Assembly (NCBI GenBank): GCA_965205025.1
Contig: CBDBFU010000015.1
Location: forward strand, 320,001 to 384,000
Length of the DNA stretch: 64,000 nucleotides
Source: Candidatus Poribacteria bacterium
GTDB taxonomy: Bacteria; Poribacteria; WGA-4E; WGA-3G
Direction: 5' to 3'
Shown here: positions 28,278 through 37,453 of the stretch, piece by piece
Layout of the letters: each line of letters starts with the position of its first letter
Numbering within the stretch: the stretch's first letter is position 1
Program-made: the position numbers and the translations under genes
The notes under the pieces: generated by a model
Seen by the model: the letters and a program-made list of their open reading frames with translations, nothing else
The model's database searches: none
What the model was told of the DNA's origin: nothing

Positions 28278-30188
28278 TTAATCGTCGTTCCCTGTAGAAA
28301 CTTCGGCTTCAAGTTGTACTGAGGTATCTTTTTTCTTTTCACCCCACAGACCTAACCAGAAGATAAAACCTACAAGTGCGAAAAAGATTACCATTATGAC
28401 GGATACAGTGTTTACGGCACTACTCAATGAAGGGGTAAATGCATCTGGTGATCTATCTTTCATAACTCCAAAGATATGCCATCCTTCTCTTAAACCGGAC
28501 CTTGCATACCCCATCAATCCCATGAGTGATGTAAAGGTGATAGCAAGGAGAATAAGCACGTATTGGGATCGTTCGCTTATCTGTCCCCATCTGATAGTTC
28601 CAGAAGTTGATGCTTTACGGTACATGAATATGTCAAGCACTGTGACAGCAAACATTACAGTAAGCGCAATCACAACCTGCCAAGGGGTCAATATATTCAC
28701 ACGAATATCTGTATCAACTGTGAATCCAACTATTCCAATTACTACAATAGACACGACACCTAAGAAGAAGATAACCGATATTATGATGTTACCGATTCCT
28801 TTCCAACTCACAGTAGGTGACTTACCCGATCTTCTATAGAACAGAAAACTTAGGAAGGTTGTTAATATGATGATATTAACAGCAGTATTTTTTGCAGTCA
28901 TTAACCCAAATAACCCAATGTGTGGATGGTTCCCACCTCCCATTGCACTGAGTTCAGAAGCAGTTGAAATTTTCGATAGTGTTCGCGGTGTCATCCATAT
29001 TCCAACACATATCACAATTATTGCTATCATATAAGGTCGATAACGTGCATAGACTTCTCCGCCATCTATCCGTCCCATTCCAGACCACAGATAGTAGTTT
29101 GCACCAATAAACAGTACACCGATCATCACTGCTTGTAGGATAAATAACCAAGAGAAGAGAGCACCCATCATGTTAATACCCATTGTGTTATTGAACATGT
29201 AGATTTCTCTACCCAACCAATAACCTGCAAAAGGTAAAGGTATGAGTCCGCATAGTGCGATGAAGTTCCCGTTATACCCCATCCAATCGTAATGTGCTTT
29301 ATCTTCTTTTGATTTTGCAACGAGGAAACGAAATGCTGCGTATGCTGCAACTATGGATCCACCAAAAGCGATATTTCCAATAAGACGATGGATATTGACA
29401 GGCATCCATGTAAAGTTGTTAACTGCTTCCCATACGGTCCCTAAGAATTCACCTGTTGTTTCGTTGTGTAGTGGAATAACAGTGTGATCAGTCACATCTG
29501 CCATGACTTCAGAGCGTGTTAACTCAGGATTCTGTGCTATTGAATTCTCTATCCAAGCTTCCTTAGTTTTCTCAGTTAGCTTACGTAATTGTGTTCCGGG
29601 ACTTGTCTGATAGGTTAACCATGTATTGGAAACAAACATTATCGCTGTTCCCCATACGTTTAAGAGAACACCGAGAAATAGATGCCATCCTTTAAACCGT
29701 CCTTGCATCTTATCCCAACCGTATGAATATAGATATAGGGTAAAGGTCTCCCCGAAAAACAGGATAACATAAAATATCATTGTAGGACCGAAAATCCCAC
29801 TCAGCTTGCTCATGACCTTTGGATAACACCATAAAAGGACAAAGACGAGAACACCACCTAAAAGGGCAGTTGTAGAAAATGCTCCCATACAGAGTTTGAT
29901 AAACTCTTTTGCCATTCTGTCATAACGTTCTTCCTTTGTTTTCCAACCGATGAACTCGATTATAACGGCAAACATTGGAACGCCGAGGATAAAGGATCCG
30001 AACAATAGGTGTAACTGTGCAGCAATCCATGCAGCATTACGTGAACCTATTAACGGGAATGGACGGTACTCTGCATCTGTAGTGTCTTGTGCAAACGCGG
30101 GTGCGACAGATAGCAAAATATATCCCAGTAGCATTATACCGAGTATGAGATAAACTCTCTTTTTTCTTAGAAGAGAATTCTTACGCAT
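28278..30188 (-). CDS. cytochrome bd-like oxidase subunit I (CydA-like, Nitrospira/OR-N-type)
   Basis: QLHLLF (b595 His equivalent), FFGETF, NIHRLIGN (b558 His equivalent), MGYARSGLREGWH in place of GRQPW; no cydB in the window. Confidence 0.8.
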   Translation of the reverse strand: MRKNSLLRKKRVYLILGIMLLGYILLSVAPAFAQDTTDAEYRPFPLIGSRNAAWIAAQLHLLFGSFILGVPMFAVIIEFIGWKTKEERYDRMAKEFIKLCMGAFSTTALLGGVLVFVLLWCYPKVMSKLSGIFGPTMIFYVILFFGETFTLYLYSYGWDKMQGRFKGWHLFLGVLLNVWGTAIMFVSNTWLTYQTSPGTQLRKLTEKTKEAWIENSIAQNPELTRSEVMADVTDHTVIPLHNETTGEFLGTVWEAVNNFTWMPVNIHRLIGNIAFGGSIVAAYAAFRFLVAKSKEDKAHYDWMGYNGNFIALCGLIPLPFAGYWLGREIYMFNNTMGINMMGALFSWLFILQAVMIGVLFIGANYYLWSGMGRIDGGEVYARYRPYMIAIIVICVGIWMTPRTLSKISTASELSAMGGGNHPHIGLFGLMTAKNTAVNIIILTTFLSFLFYRRSGKSPTVSWKGIGNIIISVIFFLGVVSIVVIGIVGFTVDTDIRVNILTPWQVVIALTVMFAVTVLDIFMYRKASTSGTIRWGQISERSQYVLILLAITFTSLMGLMGYARSGLREGWHIFGVMKDRSPDAFTPSLSSAVNTVSVIMVIFFALVGFIFWLGLWGEKKKDTSVQLEAEVSTGNDD

Positions 30189-30290
30189 TATCTATTCTCT
30201 CAATAGTATGACTGATCGTATTAGTGTTTTACACTCTGAAAGGTGTATTGAATCAACAAGACAGATATATTAAATCTGTTTTATAGTTAT

Positions 30291-31055
30291 CTACTTTTTC
30301 TTAGGTTTTCTGAAATCTGTACTCTTGAAGTCAACTGTAACATCACCATCAGCCGTAACTTCAACAGTCTTGTTTGCTGTACCAAGTTCCTCGTGCCATG
30401 CTACAACTCTTACTCTACCGGCTGCTACACCCTTTAAAGTAAACTTACCTGTATCGGCAGATTTTTCATAGGCGTCAGGATGAATCCATTTACCTTCACT
30501 ATCTTTCTGTCCCGTAACAGTAAAATGGTTGCTGTCAACAGCGACGATATAGCCGCTCATCCATGAATGGATATCACAAGTTAATTTGATGGGTTCGGCT
30601 TTTGTCAGCTTATATGGAATAACTACACCTTTATCGGCAACTATGAAATTCTTTGCTTCATTCTTCATTGCATGTGAATGAACATTATGTGCAACAGGAT
30701 CACTGGATGTCACATCAACTGTTGTACCGGTTGGTACTGCGATGACATGCGGTAGATACCGACAGTTTAGTTGATCAACTTTTGGATTCGTCTTTGGTAG
30801 TGTTACCTTTTGTCCCCGAACACGTGCATAAACTACCACATTTTGGATTCCTTTTCCTTTTGATACGACAAGTGATTCAGATTTCATTCCTTTTGTAGTA
30901 TCAAGACAGTGTTTTTCTTGTGTATTTATAGTCAATGCTGTACGTGCTGGTGCATCTCCGTCATAGGTGACTGTCCCAGTAATATTTCCAGCATAAGCGA
31001 TAGTTGCAAATGAAACGGATATAATTAGGGTAATAATGATTTTCAGAGTTTTCAT
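30291..31055 (-). CDS. secreted cupredoxin-like / carboxypeptidase-regulatory-like domain protein (paralog of 23267-24055)
   Basis: Signal peptide; DQLNC.Y.P, HNVH, CDIHSWM, WHEELG. Confidence 0.75.
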   Translation of the reverse strand: MKTLKIIITLIISVSFATIAYAGNITGTVTYDGDAPARTALTINTQEKHCLDTTKGMKSESLVVSKGKGIQNVVVYARVRGQKVTLPKTNPKVDQLNCRYLPHVIAVPTGTTVDVTSSDPVAHNVHSHAMKNEAKNFIVADKGVVIPYKLTKAEPIKLTCDIHSWMSGYIVAVDSNHFTVTGQKDSEGKWIHPDAYEKSADTGKFTLKGVAAGRVRVVAWHEELGTANKTVEVTADGDVTVDFKSTDFRKPKKK

Positions 31056-31250
31056 TGGTCTTCTCCTTAGTTCAATACATTCAATATTAATCTGAACTCA
31101 ATAATATAATTTATTATAGGTACGCTTGAAAACCGTACCTACCTTGGCAGTGAATACAAGATTTATGGCATTAATAACTTCATTCTCAAATAAGGTTCAC
31201 GTTAATATTAACACCTATAGATTTTAATTGGCAAACGGTAAAATTCAACT

Positions 31251-31266
31251 ATCACGGATATCCGTG
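31251..31266. promoter_or_regulatory. palindrome ATCACGGATATCCGTG (copy 1)
   Basis: 16-bp match to the perfect palindrome at 37296-37313. Confidence 0.4.
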
Positions 31267-31270
31267 TGAA

Positions 31271-31627
31271 TTATTGCCTGTATTTTGCCTTAATATAATC
31301 AAGTATCTGCTGTTGGTCTTCTTCATTTAGGTAGTAGTGAAAGGCTGGCATATCGTTTTTCCCATCCCGGATGCTTTTCAGAAGTTGTTCATCGCTATGT
31401 ACTGTCCACAAATTCTCATCAGTCAGATCAGCGGGGTCTAATTTCTTGAATCTCCCAATCCGTCCATTCCCTTCACCATCTTTTCCATGACATCCTGCAC
31501 AATATCTTGCATATTTATATTCTACTTCTGTAGGATATCTGTTAGTCGGATCAATCTGATTTCCTAACCAGATTAATCCGTTAATCCACACAAGAATCAT
31601 GACAATAACAATCATCAGATGTTTCAT
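31271..31627 (-). CDS. small monoheme cytochrome c
   Basis: CAGCH, distal MPAF, N-terminal TM segment. Confidence 0.88.
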   Translation of the reverse strand: MKHLMIVIVMILVWINGLIWLGNQIDPTNRYPTEVEYKYARYCAGCHGKDGEGNGRIGRFKKLDPADLTDENLWTVHSDEQLLKSIRDGKNDMPAFHYYLNEEDQQQILDYIKAKYRQ

Positions 31628-31673
31628 ATAGGACGGAACCCCTATGTAGGGACGTATTATGACCGCACCTACA

Positions 31674-34600
31674 TTAACGACCTAATGAGAGTATGTAGTC
31701 TCGAACGAAGCGAATCTGCTTTTCAGCATCACTTCCAGCATAGTTGCCGTATGGGAGATGTTTGTCATCGACAAGAGGCCATGCTTGTGGCATTGCCGTA
31801 CCTGGTTGTAGTGCTTGTGGATCTTTCAACCAATCCATAAGCCAATCTGGTTTTAATCTACCATTGGCTAAGGATAGATCTGGTCTACCTGCTTTATCGC
31901 TTCCTTGAGATATTATCTCACCTTTTGAAGGATGGCATGAGTCGCACTTAAGTGCATCGAATATCTGCTTTCCTACCTGTAATTCTGTTCGAGTAGACAT
32001 TGGCGGAGCGAGAGTTTCATACGGGAAAGGTTCATCGTCTAATGCCGAGAAGTATTTCACAAGTGCTGTTGCTTCATCATCTGACATACCGAATGATGGC
32101 ATCCGTACCTTAAGTCCATACCTTAATTCAGAAGGATTTTTCAGGAATTCAAATAACCAGTTAGGGTGAACGCGTGCACCTTGTGATTGAAGAGGTGGAG
32201 GTGATAACTGTTTCGCAGTAATCTGATCCAAACCTTCGTGTGCTATGATAACATCGGTATAATCTCCACCTTCACCCTCAATAACATGACATCCGGTACA
32301 GTTATATTTTTCCACGATCCGTCTGCCAGCATCGATCTGTTTCTGTTTTTCAACGCGTTCAGGTTCAACAGCGTGGTCAAATATATAATTGAGTGGGTAT
32401 GGCTGTGGTTGGAAACTCTTTAACAATACGGCGATAGACTTTGCTTCATCATCACTGATTTGGAAAACCGGCATACGGGAAACAATCCGACGGGTTTGAT
32501 ATTGGCGAGGTTTGGTAATCTTCCCAATTGTCCAACCGTGCCAACTATGATCAATATCCACTGTATCACCAAAATCAAGTTCTTCGGCAAGTTTTGCACC
32601 GAATTCACCAAGATCCGCCCCCACCTTCGATTCATTCTCGAATCCTGGTATTTCGTGACATCCGAAACAACCGTAAGTCCTTACAAGCTTTTCTCCTTCA
32701 TTAGGATCTACTTCACCAATCGAAGTGGAAGTGGCAATTGTAGTTGGCTTCTGTAGATTCATCAGATATGCTACGACATTGTCTACCTCACGGTTACTCA
32801 AGCGTAGACTTGGCATCGCAGTATCTGGATCATAAGCCTTAGGATTTTCGATCCATTGTTTGAGATATTGAGCGGTAACTTTTGTGCCTACACTGTCTAA
32901 TGCTGGTGCAAAATCAGTTCCTAAGCCATCAACAGCATGACAAGTGAGACATCCAACTGTTTTTACAGTTTCTTCACCGGCACTGATTGCATTCTCAGAT
33001 TTTGAGTATTGCTCAGATGAATCGTCTAATGTGTCATCGGTCATTTGTGAAAGATAAGCTGCAATAGATTTTACCTCATCCACTATACGAACGACACTTT
33101 CCCTTGAGTAAGGATATACAGTACCATCATCTGCTTTAATCTCATATCCAGTCTGAGTTTCGGTTACTATACCTGTGCGTTGTCGACCATTCTTGAAGTA
33201 GACAACCTGGCTCATTCCCTCAGCAGGGAAGAAATTAGGCATGGTTGTATTTGGGAGATATGCTTCTGGTGTTTTAATCCAACTCTCAAGCCAGGTAATA
33301 TCTTTGACTTTACTTCCAACTTTTTTCAGGGATGGTCCTACTTTTTCTATATTCTTAAGGGCACTATATCCTTCAACCGCATGACATCCATGGCATCCAA
33401 GGTTTTCAAAGAGATCCATTCCTTTTGTAAGATTTGGAGCGTAATCTACTGGTACATTTGTATCCGAATCAACACCATAATCTAACTTCATTACACCATC
33501 ATGACAACGTCGACAATTTGACTCCATATAACCTTTTTTCTCTTCAGAAGTTCTTCCTGTATGTTTATCCAAACCGAGCACAGGTGTGAGCCAATATTCT
33601 GCATGAGTTAAGGCATGTGCAGCTTTGGCAGTTAAGGCGCGTCCTTGACCACCGTGACAGGGGGTACATCCGAATCTTTCAACTGGATGTTTAGCGAGTA
33701 AAACATCTCTATGTGGATGTGTCTGAAGAACTGGGTCATAACCAGTTTCGTATGAAATCTCTATGTCACCAAATACATCAATATCAGTAAGTGTGAGGAG
33801 TCCGGTTTCAGTAAGTTCATATTCTTCAGGTTCAGCATCAAACCCGTCAATTACGACTGTCTCACTACCAAGTTTTACTTTGGGATGTTTTAGTTGAAGT
33901 TTCACAAGTGTTTCGCCATCACCTTCAACTTCTTCAAATAACTCATCACCAGAGGTTTCATATCCACTCTTATCAACAGAAAAATGACATGTAGCACACC
34001 TATCAGCGGTATAATCGAATTCCTCAAGGTAATATTGGACAATGGTGCGTGTTTCTCGAAATGGATTTTCTAATAAACTACCGAGAAAAGTCCGTTTGAT
34101 ACCACCAACGTCTGCTAACTTCTCTTCAAGACGAGAAACAAGCTCAAATTGTGCTTTTTCAGCTTCAAGAACTGACAACGATGCTTGAGAGGCAGTGATC
34201 CCATCTTTTATAGAGGTATCTGTGGGTTTGTATTTTTGTGCAATTAGGTAGGTACTTAGAGCATTGGTAGGATCGTTATTATTCTGATAAAAATCGGCAA
34301 GAGATTTATTTACATCAGCATAGACAGCTTCAGCTACCAGAACCGCTGAAGTCAATTCCCCTTCAATTCGTTGTTCAAACTCATCAAGTTTCTCTTTCCA
34401 TTTTTTGACAGTGTCAGTATATTCTCCGTGTGCTTCATGAAGACTATGTTGATATTTATAATTGATTGCATCTGATTTACTCTGTTCAAATTTCCTGTCC
34501 TGCATTGCTTCATCCAATGCGACTTTCTTATCTTCAATATCCTTTTTCAGTTTTCTCAATTCATTTGCATCTAAGTCTGGTTTGGAGGGTTCTTCAGGTA

Positions 34601-34823
34601 AATTATCCTTAGCTATTACCAATTCTGCTTTTGTTTTCTCATACTCATATTGGTAAAACTGTTGCTGTATCTCTTTCCAAGGTCGACGGGTAATCATCTC
34701 ACTCCAGAAACCCCATATAGTTACCAATCCTAACAGTGCTGATAGAATAAAAAACAATACAGAATAAGATTTACTTTCAGCGGGAATTTCTTTCTTGCTC
34801 CTCACGAAATGTATAACCTCCAA
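31674..34823 (-). CDS. membrane-anchored octaheme cytochrome c of the Rieske/cytochrome b complex
   Basis: Eight CxxCH motifs (CATCH, CTPCH, CRRCH, CHGCH, CLTCH, CFGCH, CTGCH, CDSCH); N-terminal TM segment and coiled coil. Confidence 0.9.
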   Translation of the reverse strand: MEVIHFVRSKKEIPAESKSYSVLFFILSALLGLVTIWGFWSEMITRRPWKEIQQQFYQYEYEKTKAELVIAKDNLPEEPSKPDLDANELRKLKKDIEDKKVALDEAMQDRKFEQSKSDAINYKYQHSLHEAHGEYTDTVKKWKEKLDEFEQRIEGELTSAVLVAEAVYADVNKSLADFYQNNNDPTNALSTYLIAQKYKPTDTSIKDGITASQASLSVLEAEKAQFELVSRLEEKLADVGGIKRTFLGSLLENPFRETRTIVQYYLEEFDYTADRCATCHFSVDKSGYETSGDELFEEVEGDGETLVKLQLKHPKVKLGSETVVIDGFDAEPEEYELTETGLLTLTDIDVFGDIEISYETGYDPVLQTHPHRDVLLAKHPVERFGCTPCHGGQGRALTAKAAHALTHAEYWLTPVLGLDKHTGRTSEEKKGYMESNCRRCHDGVMKLDYGVDSDTNVPVDYAPNLTKGMDLFENLGCHGCHAVEGYSALKNIEKVGPSLKKVGSKVKDITWLESWIKTPEAYLPNTTMPNFFPAEGMSQVVYFKNGRQRTGIVTETQTGYEIKADDGTVYPYSRESVVRIVDEVKSIAAYLSQMTDDTLDDSSEQYSKSENAISAGEETVKTVGCLTCHAVDGLGTDFAPALDSVGTKVTAQYLKQWIENPKAYDPDTAMPSLRLSNREVDNVVAYLMNLQKPTTIATSTSIGEVDPNEGEKLVRTYGCFGCHEIPGFENESKVGADLGEFGAKLAEELDFGDTVDIDHSWHGWTIGKITKPRQYQTRRIVSRMPVFQISDDEAKSIAVLLKSFQPQPYPLNYIFDHAVEPERVEKQKQIDAGRRIVEKYNCTGCHVIEGEGGDYTDVIIAHEGLDQITAKQLSPPPLQSQGARVHPNWLFEFLKNPSELRYGLKVRMPSFGMSDDEATALVKYFSALDDEPFPYETLAPPMSTRTELQVGKQIFDALKCDSCHPSKGEIISQGSDKAGRPDLSLANGRLKPDWLMDWLKDPQALQPGTAMPQAWPLVDDKHLPYGNYAGSDAEKQIRFVRDYILSLGR

Positions 34824-34889
34824 GTGAATCGATATTTACGAACAATATTGAGAACTGAATTTTATCTCTAAATTTAGATATATAAGATA

Positions 34890-35756
34890 TTAGATATTAA
34901 ACCAAGGGGTTACCCAAACATATTTTATATTTAATGCTAATCTCAAGAACATCTTTATGGGTAACGCCATCATTGACAAGAACAAAAAGGAGACAATAAC
35001 GTATCTTACCAGTCCAAGTTGTTGAATGAATTGGCTTGTTTTTCTAAATATGATATAGACGAGGGGACCGAGTGCGAAATATCCAGATACAACGACGAAT
35101 CCGAAGAAACTTGCTGTAACGTCATTACGTATACCGAAAAGGTAGGATAAGTTGATATTAGTTAAAGGTACAATCAGGTGTGGATCCCACTTCTCCCAAG
35201 GCATAAAGATATTCCATCCTGGTCCTCTTAGGAATGTACCGACTATCATCAATACAATCCATAGTATTAGGAATCCGAAACAGAATACTGTAATAGCAAA
35301 TGGACGTTCTTTAAGTGTGTAATACCCTTTTCCTTTAGGGTTGATATCGATATAAGGAATTGCTACCAAACCAGCAATTATAAGCCCTGGTAAGACGACC
35401 CCAGCAATCCAAGGGTCGAAATAGACTAACATCTCCTGTAGTGCGAGGAAATACCACGGTGCTTTGGATGGATTAGGCGTCTTGGCAGGATCACTCATTT
35501 CTTCCAGAGGAGCGTCAATCATAATTGACCAGACACCAAGAACTAACATGACGATTATAGCACAGACAAATTCGTTACGACATAGATATGGCCACACGTA
35601 AACCTTATCATTCAGTTCCGCATCTGATGGAACACCCATCCGATCTGTTTGCCTTGCCTGTTTATATGATAACCAGAGAAAGTATGGTACCAGAAACAAC
35701 ATAGCCAAAATCGGAACATTATCAGGTTTCGATATTAATGCTATAATATTCTCCAT
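34890..35756 (-). CDS. cytochrome b C-terminal part (subunit IV-like), extended
   Basis: DAPLEE..DP..TPNPSKAPWYF (PEWY equivalent), PYID. Confidence 0.85.
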   Translation of the reverse strand: MENIIALISKPDNVPILAMLFLVPYFLWLSYKQARQTDRMGVPSDAELNDKVYVWPYLCRNEFVCAIIVMLVLGVWSIMIDAPLEEMSDPAKTPNPSKAPWYFLALQEMLVYFDPWIAGVVLPGLIIAGLVAIPYIDINPKGKGYYTLKERPFAITVFCFGFLILWIVLMIVGTFLRGPGWNIFMPWEKWDPHLIVPLTNINLSYLFGIRNDVTASFFGFVVVSGYFALGPLVYIIFRKTSQFIQQLGLVRYVIVSFLFLSMMALPIKMFLRLALNIKYVWVTPWFNI

Positions 35757-35878
35757 ATCTAAATCAATTCTCCTTTAACTCTGAATTGTCTATAGTTCTC
35801 GTCTAACCTAATTTTATTACCACAGTCATAAAGAGCAATCTTATTTAACTTATCCAATGTATAGCATGTGTCCATTAC

Positions 35879-36652
35879 TTATAGAGGACCGGAGATACCA
35901 CCGTCTTTACGGACACGCCAAAAATGTAACGCCATTAATGCACTTGCAGCCAATGGGACTGCGACACAATGTAGAATGTAGAATCGTAATAGTGTTGACT
36001 CACCTACCATTGTTCCACCGAGTAATGCGAACCGTACATCATTAGATGTTGTTACTATGTCTGTTGGTGTGAAGGGACCTTCATTACCTAAGACCGGTGT
36101 CGCGCTAGCCATGTTAGTCCCGACTGTAACTGCCCAAAATGCAAGTTGGTCCCAAGGTAACAAATACCCCGTAAAACTCAAGAAAAAGGTGATAAGTAAT
36201 AATATGACACCGACTGCCCAATTAAATTCGCGAGGCTTCTTGTATGAACCTGTTAAAAAGACACGGAACATATGAAGCATCACAGATATTACCATTCCAT
36301 GTGCAGCCCATCGATGCATATTTCGTAGGAGCATACCAAAAGGAATATCAAATTCGAAGTTTTGGACATCTTTGAAGGCGTATTCGGCAACTGGACGGTA
36401 GTAAAACATTAACAAAACACCGGTAACAGCAGTCACCAAAAACATGAGAAATGTGATACCTCCCATGCACCAAGTGAATCTAAAGTTTAGGGCGTGGCGT
36501 GAAATGCGGGGTGGATGTAAGTGAAGCCAAACGTTCTGTAGTATTTGTAGTGTGTAGCGTCGGCCGGTGTCTTCATAACCGTGGCGAAAAATTGATTTCC
36601 ATATATCGGAATCGGTAATCTTTTGTTTTAGTCCTTTACGTTCTTCGTTCAT
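35879..36652 (-). CDS. petB: cytochrome b6-like N-terminal subunit
   Basis: WCMGGIT (heme ci Cys), MHRWAAH...LHMFRV, FTGYLLPWDQ, FYILH...LHFW. Confidence 0.92.
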   Translation of the reverse strand: MNEERKGLKQKITDSDIWKSIFRHGYEDTGRRYTLQILQNVWLHLHPPRISRHALNFRFTWCMGGITFLMFLVTAVTGVLLMFYYRPVAEYAFKDVQNFEFDIPFGMLLRNMHRWAAHGMVISVMLHMFRVFLTGSYKKPREFNWAVGVILLLITFFLSFTGYLLPWDQLAFWAVTVGTNMASATPVLGNEGPFTPTDIVTTSNDVRFALLGGTMVGESTLLRFYILHCVAVPLAASALMALHFWRVRKDGGISGPL

Positions 36653-36710
36653 TATCTTCCTTTATATCTATTGATGCGAACATTGACCCTGACGCAATTT
36701 CAACCTGATA

Positions 36711-37199
36711 TTAGACTTTTAAAGATGCCCCAGCATCCTCCCACTGACCTTTTTCACCTAAAAACTTGACTGATTTGTCAATTTGAAGCTGTCCATCTTC
36801 TGCCAAGGTTATTTCAACCCTTTCAAGAGGTCTTGGTGCTGGTCCTTCATAGTTGACCCCATCCCGGTCAAAACCGCTACCGTGACAAGGACACTTGAAT
36901 TTACTTTCTGAACCGAGCCAGCGAGGCGTACAACCAAGGTGTGTACAAGTTGTAAGAAGGGCATAAAATACACCATCTTCTCGTCTTACAATCCAAACCC
37001 CGAAGGGATCTTTTTTGAATTTTTCACTCACACTCCCCGGTGGATATTCTGCAGGAAAACCTGCCTTAAAGATAGATGATGGTTCATAGAGAACTCGTGG
37101 ATAAAGGTACCTAACTAACCCCGGCCCAAAACATAAACCGAGGGCAGCAGTAAAACTTCCCCAACCCAAGGATCTGAAGAAACTACGTCGAGACAACAC
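36711..37199 (-). CDS. petC: Rieske iron-sulfur subunit
   Basis: Tat signal SRRSFF, CTHLGC, CPCHGSGF, GPAPRPL. Confidence 0.92.
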   Translation of the reverse strand: MLSRRSFFRSLGWGSFTAALGLCFGPGLVRYLYPRVLYEPSSIFKAGFPAEYPPGSVSEKFKKDPFGVWIVRREDGVFYALLTTCTHLGCTPRWLGSESKFKCPCHGSGFDRDGVNYEGPAPRPLERVEITLAEDGQLQIDKSVKFLGEKGQWEDAGASLKV

Positions 37200-37240
37200 T
37201 TATGCCCCCTATATAAGTATCACAGAATTTAGTTTGCAAA

Positions 37241-37269
37241 AGTATATCACAATATAGGATTGTTTGCAC
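37241..37269 (-). promoter_or_regulatory. putative sigma70 promoter of the respiratory cluster
   Basis: Minus strand GTGCAA-17 nt-TATACT with TG extension, about 40 nt upstream of the Rieske start. Confidence 0.5.
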
Positions 37270-37295
37270 GAATTTCAGCGTCTTAAAATTAATGT

Positions 37296-37313
37296 ATCAC
37301 GGATATCCGTGAT
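37296..37313. promoter_or_regulatory. perfect 18-bp palindrome ATCACGGATATCCGTGAT (copy 2)
   Basis: Lies just upstream of the -35 box of the Rieske promoter. Confidence 0.45.
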
Positions 37314-37370
37314 TTAAATAACTGGCTTCCAACCTTAAATGACAGCGGTTTAGCGATTGAATCTTAATAC

Positions 37371-37406
37371 AAAAAGAGGGACATATATTTATATATGTCC
37401 CTCTTT
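37371..37406 (-). terminator. intrinsic terminator of the DUF1501/PPC operon
   Basis: Stem AAAGAGGGACATATA/TATATGTCCCTCTTT with T-run on the minus strand. Confidence 0.8.
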
Positions 37407-37453
37407 GAATCTTCTAATCTCTATAAACAGATTTGGTTCGTATAAACCAATCT

